A program made the translations under genes and the position numbers. From NCBI GenBank assembly GCA_050942735.1, contig JBMNNW010000006.1, positions 18,793 to 82,792 on the forward strand: a DNA stretch of 64,000 nt, written 5' to 3'. Source of the DNA: Armatimonadota bacterium. GTDB lineage: Bacteria; Armatimonadota; Zipacnadia; Zipacnadales; UBA5352. The notes beneath the pieces are model-generated. The model was not told the DNA's origin and did no database searches. It was given only the letters and a program-made list of their open reading frames with translations. Of the stretch, positions 29,120 through 38,823 are shown one piece after another; the first letter of the stretch is position 1; every line of letters starts with the position of its first letter.

Positions 29120-31924
29120 CTATCCTGATAGTATGCGGTTTACCCTCTCGGCGCACCGGCCACACAATTCAGGATGCTCCTCGTTCATGCCCGTGCTCTC
29201 CGCGCGCATCCAGCAACGCGTGCACTTGTCGCCGCCCGCCAGCCTCGCCTCCGCCCGGATGCCGGATGGGGCGGCGATGCCATCATCGCTGTCCTCGATG
29301 TGATGCAGATGGACCTCGGAGACGATGAAGAGAGTCGCGAGGTTCTCCTCCACTCCCTCGAGGGTCGCCCGCGCCGCGTCGGTGAGATGCAGGTCAAGGC
29401 GCGCCTCCAGCGGGTTATTGACCTCACCCGCATCCTTGGCCGCCTCCAGGGCCGCCATCGCAACCCGTCGCAGGTCCAGCACCGAGCGCCACCTGGTCGC
29501 GAGGCCCTCGTCCATCAGCTCCTCGTCAACCTCCGGCCAGTCCGCGAGCTGCACGCTCTCGGGGAGGCTCCCGTCAATCTCCTCGCGCATGTGCTGCCAG
29601 AGTTCCTCCGACGTAAAGGTCAGCACCGGCGCCATCATTGTCGCCAGCGCCCGCAGAACCCGCCACAGCGCCGTCTGAGCGGAGCGCCGCTCGGGAGATT
29701 CCGGCACGTCGGTGTAAAGGCGATCCTTCAGTACGTTCAGGTAGAACGCGCTGAGGTCCTGATCGCAGAGCGCGTGGATCTCGCGATAGACGATGTGCAG
29801 GTCCCACCGGTCGTACGCATCGGTGACCGACTGAACCCGCCGCTGCAGCCGGTCGAGCACCCAGCGATCGATCTCTCGAAGCTCGGAGTGCGCCACCGTG
29901 TCGGTCGCGGGGTCGAAGTCCTGAAGGTTCTGCAGCAGGAAGCGCGCGGTGTTTCGCACGCGACGGTATGCGTCGGCGACCTGCCCGAAGATGTCCTCCG
30001 AGAGCGCCATCTTCTGCCGGAAGTCCGCGTAGGTGAACCACAGCCGCAGCACATCGGCCCCGTATTCCTCGTAGATCTCCGCGGGGCTGATGATGTTCCC
30101 CTTGCTCTTCGAGAGCTTCGAGCCGGTCTCGTCCACGAAGAAGCCGTGGCCGACGACCGTCCGGTAGGGCGCCGGGTCGCCGAGCGCGACCGCGACCCAC
30201 AGCGATGTCTGGAACCAGCACTGATACTGATCGTCGCCCTCAAGATAGAGGTCGGCGGGGAATGTAAGCTCCGGGTGCTGGCGCAGCACGCAGTAGTGCG
30301 AGCAGCCCGAGTCCACCCAGACCGACATGATGTCGGGCTCCTTGGTGAACGTGCTCCCCTCGCAGCCCTCGGCGGCGCAGGTCGCGCCTTCAGGCAGAAG
30401 GTCGGCCGCCTCCCGCTCCCACCACACGTCCGCGCCGTGCTCCGCCACCAGTTCGCTGAGGTGACTGATCGTCTCCTCGGTGATGAGCCGCTCGCCGCAT
30501 TTCTCACAGTAGAAGACCGGGATCGGCACTCCCCAGACGCGCTGGCGCGAGATGCACCAGTCCGGCCGCGACTCGATCATCCCGCCGATGCGGCTCTCTC
30601 CCCACGACGGGTTCCAGTGAACGTTCCTGATCTCCTCAAGCGCCCGGTCGCGGATTTTCTCGATGTCCATGAACCACTGCCTGGTGGCGCGGTAGATCAC
30701 GGGGCGATGGCACCGCCAGCAGTGCGGGTACTCGTGCTCGATCTGCGCCTCGCCCACGAGCGCCCCCAGCTCGCGCAGGACATCCTTGACCTCATCGTTG
30801 GACCGGTCGGCGACGAGGCCCTCAAGGGCCTCACCCGCCTCCGCCGTGTAGCGGCCAAGGTCGTCGAGCGGGCTGATGACCTGAAGATCGTACTTCAGCG
30901 CGGTCTCGTAGTCCTCCAGACCGTGGCCGGGGGCGGTGTGCACCGCGCCCGTCCCGTCCTCGACGGTCACGTAGTCGGCCAGCACGATCGGCGACTGCCG
31001 GTCGTACATCGGATGCTTCGCCACGAGACCCTCAAGCTCGGCGCCCTCGAAGCGGGCGATCACCTCGTACTTCCCGATGCGACACTCAGCCATCGAGCGC
31101 TCCAGCAGATCATGCGCGAGGATCAACATACGCTCGCCGGTGTCCACGAGAACGTACTCGGCGTCTCCGGCAAGCGCGATGGCGGTGTTGCCCGGAATCG
31201 TCCACGGGGTGGTCGTCCAGATAAGGAAGCTCACCGGCCCCTCGGGCGGATTGTCCATGGGCAGCTCGGAGGCTTCGGTCAGTTCGAAGGCCACGTAGAC
31301 GGCCGGGGAGGTCCGTGTCTCGTACTCGATCTCGTCCTCCGCCAGAGCGGTCTCGCAGTGGTAGCACCAGTAGACCGGGCGCAGGGCGCGATAGACCAGA
31401 TCGTTGAGAGCGATCCTGCCGAACGCCTCGATCTGCCTGGCCTGGTACTCCGGCGACAGCGTCAGGTAGGGGTTGTCCCAGTCGCCGCGGACGCCGATGC
31501 GCTTGAACTGCTCGCGCTGCGTGTCAACGTAGCCCAGCGCGAGGTCGCGGCACAACTCGCGCCACTCCAGCACGGAGACGTCATGGCGCATGATGCCCCT
31601 GTTCTTCTGCACGCTCTGCTCGGTGGGCAGGCCCTGTGTATCCCATCCGGGGACGTAGGGGCAGTCATAGCCCCGCATTGTCTTGTACTTGATGGTGATA
31701 TCTTTGAGGATCTTGTTGAGCGCCTGTCCGAGGTGGATATCGCCGTTTGCGTAGGGAGGTCCGTCGTGGAGGATGTAGGTGGGCGCTCCGTCGCGCAGCT
31801 CCCGCACGCGGCGGTAGATATCCAGTTCCTCCCACATCGTCAGTATCTGCGGCTCGCGCTCGGGAAGGTTCCCGCGCATCGGGAACTGGGTGCGCTGGAG
31901 ATTCAGTGTGTCCTTGTAATCCAT
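29120..31924 (-). CDS. ileS: Isoleucine--tRNA ligase (type 1, with C-terminal zinc-binding CTRCW motif)
   Basis: HIGH motif region PYANGDIHLGQALNKILKD and KMSKS (KLSKSKGNI). The start is MDYKDTLNL at 31924. The N-terminal 43 aa in the ORF track are an upstream extension. Confidence 0.9.
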   Translation of the reverse strand: MDYKDTLNLQRTQFPMRGNLPEREPQILTMWEELDIYRRVRELRDGAPTYILHDGPPYANGDIHLGQALNKILKDITIKYKTMRGYDCPYVPGWDTQGLPTEQSVQKNRGIMRHDVSVLEWRELCRDLALGYVDTQREQFKRIGVRGDWDNPYLTLSPEYQARQIEAFGRIALNDLVYRALRPVYWCYHCETALAEDEIEYETRTSPAVYVAFELTEASELPMDNPPEGPVSFLIWTTTPWTIPGNTAIALAGDAEYVLVDTGERMLILAHDLLERSMAECRIGKYEVIARFEGAELEGLVAKHPMYDRQSPIVLADYVTVEDGTGAVHTAPGHGLEDYETALKYDLQVISPLDDLGRYTAEAGEALEGLVADRSNDEVKDVLRELGALVGEAQIEHEYPHCWRCHRPVIYRATRQWFMDIEKIRDRALEEIRNVHWNPSWGESRIGGMIESRPDWCISRQRVWGVPIPVFYCEKCGERLITEETISHLSELVAEHGADVWWEREAADLLPEGATCAAEGCEGSTFTKEPDIMSVWVDSGCSHYCVLRQHPELTFPADLYLEGDDQYQCWFQTSLWVAVALGDPAPYRTVVGHGFFVDETGSKLSKSKGNIISPAEIYEEYGADVLRLWFTYADFRQKMALSEDIFGQVADAYRRVRNTARFLLQNLQDFDPATDTVAHSELREIDRWVLDRLQRRVQSVTDAYDRWDLHIVYREIHALCDQDLSAFYLNVLKDRLYTDVPESPERRSAQTALWRVLRALATMMAPVLTFTSEELWQHMREEIDGSLPESVQLADWPEVDEELMDEGLATRWRSVLDLRRVAMAALEAAKDAGEVNNPLEARLDLHLTDAARATLEGVEENLATLFIVSEVHLHHIEDSDDGIAAPSGIRAEARLAGGDKCTRCWMRAESTGMNEEHPELCGRCAERVNRILSG

Positions 31925-32043
31925 CCGCTGATTTCCTCTCGCCACATGGGCCGAGGTGGGGTAGTGAAAGAGTCGCCGAGGCTCCGTGTGCTGCGAGAGC
32001 CTCCGCGACCATGCGGTTCGGTCCGTGATCGGGCTGTGCGCGC

Positions 32044-32072
32044 AGTTTACCACACTGATGCATATATATCAA
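32044..32072 (-). promoter_or_regulatory. Candidate sigma70-type promoter for ileS operon (TTGATA-17-TAAACT on minus strand)
   Basis: Read from the sequence. It lies about 113 nt upstream of the ileS ATG, in the only AT-rich patch of the ileS/fabZ divergent region. Confidence 0.3.
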
Positions 32073-32246
32073 CCCGCCCGGTGCCGCGGACGGGCAGCGC
32101 GGGGAGGCCGTCGGCGAAGGGCCGGATCACCCGTCCTCCGGGGGCGCCAGGCCCGGAGTCCCGCCGGTAGACAGCCGAGGCTCGGAGGGGCTCGCCGGGC
32201 CGCCCTCCGAGCCCCAGGTTCAGACGCGGCAGGGGGTCGCGGCGGT

Positions 32247-32276
32247 TTGACTCCCTTTCGACGGCTCTGTTATAAT
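32247..32276 (+). promoter_or_regulatory. Candidate sigma70-type promoter for fabZ-lpx operon (TTGACT-18-TATAAT)
   Basis: Near-consensus hexamers read from the sequence, about 110 nt upstream of the fabZ ATG. Confidence 0.4.
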
Positions 32277-32387
32277 CGCCGCGGCTTTCGCGGATGAGCT
32301 TGAGCGGCCGTCGCGGGACCGCGGTGTTGGCGGATGCCGCCTGCGGAGCCTGTGACGGTCGATGCATTATTCAGGAGGCGCCTGCCG

Positions 32388-32837
32388 ATGCTTCAGACCC
32401 GGGAGATCATGGAGATACTCCCCCATCGCTACCCGTTCCTGCTCGTCGATCGGATCGTCGAGCTTGAGCCCGGGGTGCGGGCGGTAGGGATCAAGAACGT
32501 CACCGCCAATGAGCCGCAGTTCACCGGCCACTGGCCGGACAACCCCGTCTTCCCCGGTGTGCTGATCCTCGAGGCCATGGCCCAGGTCGGCGGGGTGCTC
32601 CTGCTGACGGGCATCGAGTCCGAGGATATGCTTGCGCTCTTCGGCGGGGTGGACAAGGCGCGCTTCCGCAGGCAGGTTGTCCCCGGAGACCAGCTTCGCT
32701 TTGAGATCGAGATGCTGCGCCGCAAGGCCACGATCGGCAAAGTCAAGGGCGTTGCCACCGTTGACGATCAGGTTGCCGCCGAAGCCGAGCTTATGTTCGC
32801 ACTGACCGCGCCCCCCAACGCCGAGTCGGACGAATGA
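32388..32837 (+). CDS. fabZ: 3-hydroxyacyl-ACP dehydratase
   Basis: [14 protein letters not shown] ... FTGHWP ... PGVL. An AGGAGG RBS lies 9 nt upstream of the ATG at 32388. Confidence 0.85.
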   Translation: MLQTREIMEILPHRYPFLLVDRIVELEPGVRAVGIKNVTANEPQFTGHWPDNPVFPGVLILEAMAQVGGVLLLTGIESEDMLALFGGVDKARFRRQVVPGDQLRFEIEMLRRKATIGKVKGVATVDDQVAAEAELMFALTAPPNAESDE

Positions 32838-32859
32838 ACCACGCAGGCCGGAGGAGCAA

Positions 32860-33636
32860 ATGACGATCCATCAGACAGCAATCGTTGATCCCGGCGCGGA
32901 GCTTGGGGAGGGCGTTGAGGTCGGGCCGTTCTGCATCATCGAGAGCGGCGTGACCATCGGCGCGAACTGTCGAATCGGCCCGCACTGCGTCATCAGAAGT
33001 CACGTCACGATGGGCGGCGACAACACCCTCGACGTGGGGGTCGTTCTCGGCTCCGATCCGCAGGACGCCAAGTACCGGGGCGAGCGCAGCTTCGTCCGCA
33101 TCGGCAACGGCAATCTTATCCGCGAGTATGTAACGATCCACCGCGCGACCGGCGAGGACGCCGAGACGAGCGTCGGCGACAACAACTTCCTGATGGCATA
33201 CGCGCACCTCGGGCACAACGTTCGCGTCGGCTCCAACTGCAGCCTGGCGAGTTTCGCGGGCCTCAGCGGCCACTGCGTCGTGCAGGACCGCGCGATCATC
33301 GGCGGGCTCTCCGGACTCCACCAGTACGTTACCGTCGGTCGGATGTGCATGATCGGCGGGCACTCACGGGTGACGCGCGACATTCCGCCGTTCACCACCG
33401 CCCAGGGTAACGAGATCCACGGAATCAACGTAATCGGGCTGCAGCGCAACGGGGTCAGCCGCGAGGATCAGTCGGCGCTGCGCGAGGCGTTCAGGACCAT
33501 CTACCGCTCAGACGTCAACACCTCCGATGCGATCGATCGACTCCGCGGTGAGGGGGCGCTCTGCTCGCTGGTGGAGGAGTTCATCGCGTTCATCGAGCAC
33601 TCGAACGCCGGCGGCAGAGGCCGCCAGCAGGGCTGA
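32860..33636 (+). CDS. lpxA: Acyl-ACP--UDP-N-acetylglucosamine O-acyltransferase
   Basis: Left-handed beta-helix hexapeptide repeats. It starts MTIHQTAIVDP, with a GGAGGAG RBS. Confidence 0.85.
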   Translation: MTIHQTAIVDPGAELGEGVEVGPFCIIESGVTIGANCRIGPHCVIRSHVTMGGDNTLDVGVVLGSDPQDAKYRGERSFVRIGNGNLIREYVTIHRATGEDAETSVGDNNFLMAYAHLGHNVRVGSNCSLASFAGLSGHCVVQDRAIIGGLSGLHQYVTVGRMCMIGGHSRVTRDIPPFTTAQGNEIHGINVIGLQRNGVSREDQSALREAFRTIYRSDVNTSDAIDRLRGEGALCSLVEEFIAFIEHSNAGGRGRQQG

Positions 33637-33728
33637 GGCAGACCGCCGCGACGGGCGGCCAGCGCGAGCGGCTTTCGGCGATGGGACGCCCTGCGGCGCG
33701 GGACGATGCAGACCGGACGGAGGGGCTG

Positions 33729-34880
33729 ATGGGCAAGGTGCCGCGAATCTTTGTAGTCGCGGGGGAGCCCTCCGCCGACAAGCATGGAGCGCTGCTGGGC
33801 GAGGCTCTGCGGGCGCAGCGTGAGGTGCATCTTGCGGGCGTGGGGCAGTCCCGAATGCGTGACGCGGGCTTCGAGCTGCTCTTCGACAGCACAGGCTGGA
33901 GCGGCATCGGCGTGATCGATTCGCTGAGGCGCGTGCCGGGGCTCATGGTGCGGATGCGTCAGTTGAGCTCGCACCTGATCGCCCGACCGCCGGATCTGCT
34001 GGTCCTGATCGACTTCGGAGCATTCAATGTGCGTCTCGCTCGCCGTATCCGCGCAGCCGTTGACTGCCCGGTCTTTTACTACTTCCCTCCGCGGTCGTGG
34101 TCACGCGACGCGGACTACATGGGGCTGGCCGGACTGGTTGACCGCGTCGCCACGCCCTTCCCCTGGTCTGAACGCAGGCTCCGCGAGGCGGGGATCGAGG
34201 CGGTCTGGGTCGGCCATCCGGTGGTAGACAGGATCGGGCCGCTCAGCCCGGAGGATCGCGCCGACCGGCGAGCGAAGCTGGGCATCGAGGACGGGCAGAT
34301 CGCGCTCGGCCTGCTGCCGGGAAGTCGCGAGATGGAGATACGCTGCAACGGGCCGCAGATGCTCGGGGCGGCCGCGGCCGTCGCAGGCGAACTGGGGAAC
34401 GTGCAGGTGCTGCTCTCAGTCGCACCGGGTGTGTCAAGGGACCGGCTTGCGCGGCAGGTGGCCGGGTTCGGACTGGCGGACCGAACGCGGCTGGTCGCGG
34501 GTGTGGCGGAGATAGTGCAGGCCGCGGACCTCGCGATCGTCACCTCCGGGACGGCGACCCTTGAGACCGCGGCGGCGGCCTGCCCGATGTTGATTGTGTA
34601 CCGTGGAACGTGGCTGATGAGTCTTGAAAAGCGCCTCCGCAGGTTCGTGGTGCCTTTCGTCGGGATGCCGAACATCATCGCGGACGAGGAGATCGTCCCG
34701 GAGCTTATCGATCAGAACGGCGTGGCTCCGAGGATTGCCGACACGGCACTCGGGCTGCTGAGGGATGAGGCGAGGATGAGCGAGATGCGCGGGCGACTGC
34801 TGGAGGTGCGCGAGCAACTCGGATCGCCGGGCGTGTCCGAACGTGTGGCCGGGATGGCGCTGGACCTGATACCATCGTGA
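33729..34880 (+). CDS. lpxB: Lipid-A-disaccharide synthase
   Basis: IFVVAGEPSAD... N-terminus, GT-B fold, in lpx context. Confidence 0.8.
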   Translation: MGKVPRIFVVAGEPSADKHGALLGEALRAQREVHLAGVGQSRMRDAGFELLFDSTGWSGIGVIDSLRRVPGLMVRMRQLSSHLIARPPDLLVLIDFGAFNVRLARRIRAAVDCPVFYYFPPRSWSRDADYMGLAGLVDRVATPFPWSERRLREAGIEAVWVGHPVVDRIGPLSPEDRADRRAKLGIEDGQIALGLLPGSREMEIRCNGPQMLGAAAAVAGELGNVQVLLSVAPGVSRDRLARQVAGFGLADRTRLVAGVAEIVQAADLAIVTSGTATLETAAAACPMLIVYRGTWLMSLEKRLRRFVVPFVGMPNIIADEEIVPELIDQNGVAPRIADTALGLLRDEARMSEMRGRLLEVREQLGSPGVSERVAGMALDLIPS

Positions 34881-35524
34881 CGAAGCAGAGAGCGATGACG
34901 AATTACGCCGACACCGACGGCCAGATGAACGCGGTGGCGCGGCGGTCACTGGCGGCCGCCGAAGCCGCCAGCGGCCACGAGCGCACAGCGGCGCAGTGGC
35001 GCGCGTTCTTCGTACGGCGGCGAACATTCCTCGCGCTGGTCGCCGCGTTCGTGCTGGTGCTGGTTGCCGAGCCGACACCGATGCTGCTGTATGCCGGCGC
35101 GGCGATCATGGCGGCCGCGCACGTGCTGCGACTCGTGTGCTCGGGCTACCTTGACAAGGACGCGCGTCTCATCACCGCGGGGCCCTTCAGTTGCTGCCGC
35201 AATCCGCTCTACGTCGGCAACTTCCTCGTGGTGATCGCGTTCGCCCTGATGTCCGGGAGGCTCATAGCACTGCCGATCATGCTCATGTTCTGGCTGCTCA
35301 CGCATGCCCCGACTGTGGCGTGCGAGGAGGAGATCCTGCGGGAGAAGTTCGGCGACAAGTTCGAGGATTACTGCCGCGGGGTCCCGCGGTGGCTTCCGAG
35401 CCGTCGCGCATGGCAGGGCGAGGGCGAGTTCCGCTGGAGTCGGGTGATCGAGAACGCCGAGCATCTCAACATCATCTCGGCGTGGCTGCTGGCGGCGATG
35501 TTCTTCGTGGAGATGGTGAGGTAG
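34877..35524 (+). CDS. ICMT/PEMT-family (Ste14-like) membrane methyltransferase embedded in lipid-A operon (LmtA-like?)
   Basis: Multi-TM protein with the C-terminal ICMT-type motif ...RNPLYVGNF... EE..L...FG..Y..Y. The start overlaps the lpxB stop. Confidence 0.6.
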   Translation: MTKQRAMTNYADTDGQMNAVARRSLAAAEAASGHERTAAQWRAFFVRRRTFLALVAAFVLVLVAEPTPMLLYAGAAIMAAAHVLRLVCSGYLDKDARLITAGPFSCCRNPLYVGNFLVVIAFALMSGRLIALPIMLMFWLLTHAPTVACEEEILREKFGDKFEDYCRGVPRWLPSRRAWQGEGEFRWSRVIENAEHLNIISAWLLAAMFFVEMVR

Positions 35525-35528
35525 TCGG

Positions 35529-37388
35529 ATGAGCGATCTCTGGTATCTACGCCGATTCCTGCGCCCATACAGGACGGCCCTGATCATCGGCATCATCGTG
35601 ATGGCCGCGGCCGGGGCACTTGTTCCTGAGGCGCTGTCGAGGACGAAGGCCGTCTTCGATGGGATCTTCCCGGATTCGCCGTCGGTGGCGGAGATCCCGA
35701 TCGGCGGGGCCGAAGCTCCGGAGGAGCCGCCGACGCCGCTGCAGGACCTTGCGCAGAGCGAGATGCAGGCGCGGCTGCTCCACGCGGCGCTGATCCTGTT
35801 CGCGTTCCTGATGGCGGCCGCGATCTTCGACGGCCTCTCCGTGTGGTTCGCTGAATACCTCGGTCAGCATCTGCTCTACGAGTTACGCAAGAGCCTTTTC
35901 GAGCACCTGCAGGGGCTCTCGATGTCGTTCTACGACCGGCGGCGCCTCGGTGAACTCATATCGCGTGTCAACAACGACACGATGGTGCTGCAGCGCAACT
36001 CGGGCAAGAGCCTCTCGTGGCTGGTGAGCGCGCCGGTCGCGGTCGTCTACGGCGTCTATCGGATGTGGCTCATCTCCTCGACGCTGACGATCAGTCTCGC
36101 GATCATCGTCCCGATCGTGATCGTCATCACCGTCGTGCTCGGACGCCGCGTGCGTCTACTGTCACGACAGATGCAGGAGAAGCTCGGGGAGATGACGACG
36201 GCACTTCACGAGGGTCTGGCGGCGATCCGCGTCGTCAAGATCTTCGGCATCCAGCGGGAGATGGGCCAGCGCTTCGAGGATGAGAACCGCGAGGTGATGC
36301 GGACTGAGATGCGCACGGCATTCACCCGGGCGATCAACTCGCCGATCGTGGGTATGACCATCGGGCTGGCACTGATCGCGATCCTCATGCTCGGCGGCAA
36401 CGAGATTCAGGCGGGGCGGATGACCGGTGGAGACCTCATGGCGTTCATCCTGCTGCTGCAGGCGGTCTCGAGTTCGGTGAACCGCATCTCGCGGGTGAAC
36501 CTCTCGCTCCAGCAGGCCGCGGCCGCCGCAGGGCGACACCGCGAATTGCTCGAGGTGGATGACAGGCTCCCGGTGGTGGATAACCCGATCGAGCTTGAGC
36601 AGGTTGAGGGGCGCATCGTCTTCGAGAATGTCTCATTCTCGTATCTGGGCCGGTCGCCGGCGTTGCGCAACATCACGCTTGAGATCAAGCCCGGCGAGAT
36701 CGTGGCGTTCGCCGGCCCCTCGGGCGCAGGCAAAACAACGATCGCGAATCTGATCCCGCGGCTCTACGACCCCACTGAGGGGCGCGTGCTGATCGACGGG
36801 GTGGATCTTCAGCAGATGGATCCGCAGCAGCTCCGGCGCCACATGAGCATCGTCCCGCAGGAGACGCTTTTGTTCGGCGGAACGGTGCGCGACAACATCG
36901 CCTACGGTCGCCCGAATGCGAGCGATGATGAGATCGTCGCCGCCGCGAAGGCGGCGAACGCGCACGACTTCATCGCGCGCCTGCCGGAGGGCTATGACAC
37001 ACAGGTCGGGGAGCGCGGCACGCAGCTTTCGGGCGGTCAGCGCCAGCGTGTGGCGATCGCCCGGGCGGTGGTGCGCAACCCGCGGATTATGATCCTCGAC
37101 GAAGCGACGTCCTCGCTTGACAACGAGAGCGAGACGGCGATTCACAGGGCGCTCGACACCATCCTCGAGGGCCGCACAGCCATCATCATCGCCCACCGTC
37201 TCTCCACCATCCGCGACGCGGACAGGATCATCGTACTCGAGTCGGGGCGGATCGTGGAGACCGGCTCGCACGATGAACTGCTGTCGCGCGGCGGTCTCTA
37301 CGCGAGACTCTACCGGGCACACCAGGCGGTCGAGCCGGACGTGGAGACGGTGGCGAGTTCGGAGGGCCCGGCCTTAGATCATGCATAG
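35529..37388 (+). CDS. msbA: ABC transporter permease/ATPase, MsbA-like lipid A/lipid flippase
   Basis: Six-TM N-terminal domain plus an NBD (GPSGAGKTT, LSGGQRQRVAIARA, ILILDEATSSLD). Confidence 0.8.
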   Translation: MSDLWYLRRFLRPYRTALIIGIIVMAAAGALVPEALSRTKAVFDGIFPDSPSVAEIPIGGAEAPEEPPTPLQDLAQSEMQARLLHAALILFAFLMAAAIFDGLSVWFAEYLGQHLLYELRKSLFEHLQGLSMSFYDRRRLGELISRVNNDTMVLQRNSGKSLSWLVSAPVAVVYGVYRMWLISSTLTISLAIIVPIVIVITVVLGRRVRLLSRQMQEKLGEMTTALHEGLAAIRVVKIFGIQREMGQRFEDENREVMRTEMRTAFTRAINSPIVGMTIGLALIAILMLGGNEIQAGRMTGGDLMAFILLLQAVSSSVNRISRVNLSLQQAAAAAGRHRELLEVDDRLPVVDNPIELEQVEGRIVFENVSFSYLGRSPALRNITLEIKPGEIVAFAGPSGAGKTTIANLIPRLYDPTEGRVLIDGVDLQQMDPQQLRRHMSIVPQETLLFGGTVRDNIAYGRPNASDDEIVAAAKAANAHDFIARLPEGYDTQVGERGTQLSGGQRQRVAIARAVVRNPRIMILDEATSSLDNESETAIHRALDTILEGRTAIIIAHRLSTIRDADRIIVLESGRIVETGSHDELLSRGGLYARLYRAHQAVEPDVETVASSEGPALDHA

Positions 37389-38796
37389 CACTGACGGCGC
37401 GAAGCGCCACTCAGCCGCCTCAACCGCGGTGTGGGTGGTGTACAACCTGCTGCTCGTATTGTTCCTGCCGCTGGTTGGGCTGTACCTGGTGTGGCGGATG
37501 TTCGGGCGGGGCAAGCACCTCGCGGACTTCGGCGAGCGCATGGGCGCGATCGGCGAGCGGCTCGGGGGGCTCAGCAGCGACGACCCGATCGTCTGGGTTC
37601 ACGCGGTCTCGGCGGGCGAGGTCGCGGCGGTCGTGCCGGTCATCCGGCAGATTCGCGTCTCCGAGCCGATGGCGCAGATCGCGCTCTCGACCGTGACGAC
37701 CACCGGGCGCGAGATGGCGGAGAGCCGCGGCATCGACCCGGACGCTCTCTTCTACTTCCCCTTCGACCTGCCCGGCGTGGTGGACCACGTTCTCGACACG
37801 GTCAGGCCCGATGTGCTCGTGCTGGTTGAGACGGAGCTTTGGCCGAACATGCTGCACGCGGCGGCGGCCCGCGGCGTGAGCGTGATCATCGTCAACGGGC
37901 GCGTCTCCGACCGCTCTTTCGCCCGCGCGCGGCTGCTCAAGCCGCTCTTCGCGTGGATGCTCTCGACCGTCGATCTGATCTGCGCGCAGTCGGAGCAGGA
38001 CGCGGAACGCTTCAGGGAACTCGGCGCCCCCGCAGAGCGCGTGATCGTCACCGGGAACTCGAAGTTCGACGAGCAGTTCCCCAGCGTCCGCGAGGCCGAC
38101 GTAAGCAAGTACCGCCAGGACTTCGGCTTCGGTCGGGAGGACCCGGTGATGCTTGCGGCCAGCACGCACGAGGGTGAGGAGGAGATCGCGCTGGTGGCGT
38201 TTACGCGCCTGCGCGTCACCCACCCGAACATTCAGCTTATCATCGCGCCTCGCCACCCCGAACGCGGGGGCCGCGTCGAGGAGCTCGTGAAGAGCCACGG
38301 CTACGCCGCGTACCGGCGGAGCCGCGCGATCGAGGCGGGCGGTGCAGACCCGCTGGCGCCCCAACGCGGCCCGCAGGTTTGTGTCGCGATCCTCGATACG
38401 ATCGGCGAGCTGGCCCGCGTCTACGCGGTGAGCACCGTCTCGTTCGTGGGCAACAGCCTCGTGGTGGGCGGCGGGCACAATATCCTCCAGCCGGTGGCTC
38501 TCGGCAGGCCCGCGCTCTTCGGACCGCACATGGAGAACTTCCGCGACATTGCCGCGATCTGCCTGCGCGAGGAGGTCGGGATCGAGGTCGCCAACGTTCA
38601 TGAACTGGTGGCCGAGACCGACCGACTGCTCGACTCGGAGGGAGACATTGCGCTGATCGCAGCGCGCGGACCGGCGGTGATCGACAAGTACGCCGGCGCC
38701 TCCGAGCGCAATGCCGGCCACGTCATTGAGTTGCTCGAGGCCCATCATCCGGAGCTGCGGAGCGCGACCGACCCCGACCGCGAACGGGAGGAGTGA
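37381..38796 (+). CDS. waaA: 3-deoxy-D-manno-octulosonic acid (Kdo) transferase
   Basis: Kdo-transferase family blocks and an N-terminal membrane anchor. It overlaps the msbA stop by 8 nt. Confidence 0.8.
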   Translation: MHSTDGAKRHSAASTAVWVVYNLLLVLFLPLVGLYLVWRMFGRGKHLADFGERMGAIGERLGGLSSDDPIVWVHAVSAGEVAAVVPVIRQIRVSEPMAQIALSTVTTTGREMAESRGIDPDALFYFPFDLPGVVDHVLDTVRPDVLVLVETELWPNMLHAAAARGVSVIIVNGRVSDRSFARARLLKPLFAWMLSTVDLICAQSEQDAERFRELGAPAERVIVTGNSKFDEQFPSVREADVSKYRQDFGFGREDPVMLAASTHEGEEEIALVAFTRLRVTHPNIQLIIAPRHPERGGRVEELVKSHGYAAYRRSRAIEAGGADPLAPQRGPQVCVAILDTIGELARVYAVSTVSFVGNSLVVGGGHNILQPVALGRPALFGPHMENFRDIAAICLREEVGIEVANVHELVAETDRLLDSEGDIALIAARGPAVIDKYAGASERNAGHVIELLEAHHPELRSATDPDREREE

Positions 38797-38823
38797 GCCC
38801 TGGAGCGCTGGTGGCAGGAGACG

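Noticed and set aside
29174-32170. 998-aa plus-strand ORF
   Set aside because: It is exactly antisense to ileS, whose identity is unambiguous (HIGH/KMSKS motifs, full length). Its sequence is Arg/Ala/Pro-rich low complexity, as expected for antisense frames in GC-rich DNA.
32047-32367. 106-aa minus-strand ORF in the ileS/fabZ divergent region
   Set aside because: It lies in the promoter and leader region between two strongly supported divergent operons, and its sequence is low-complexity.
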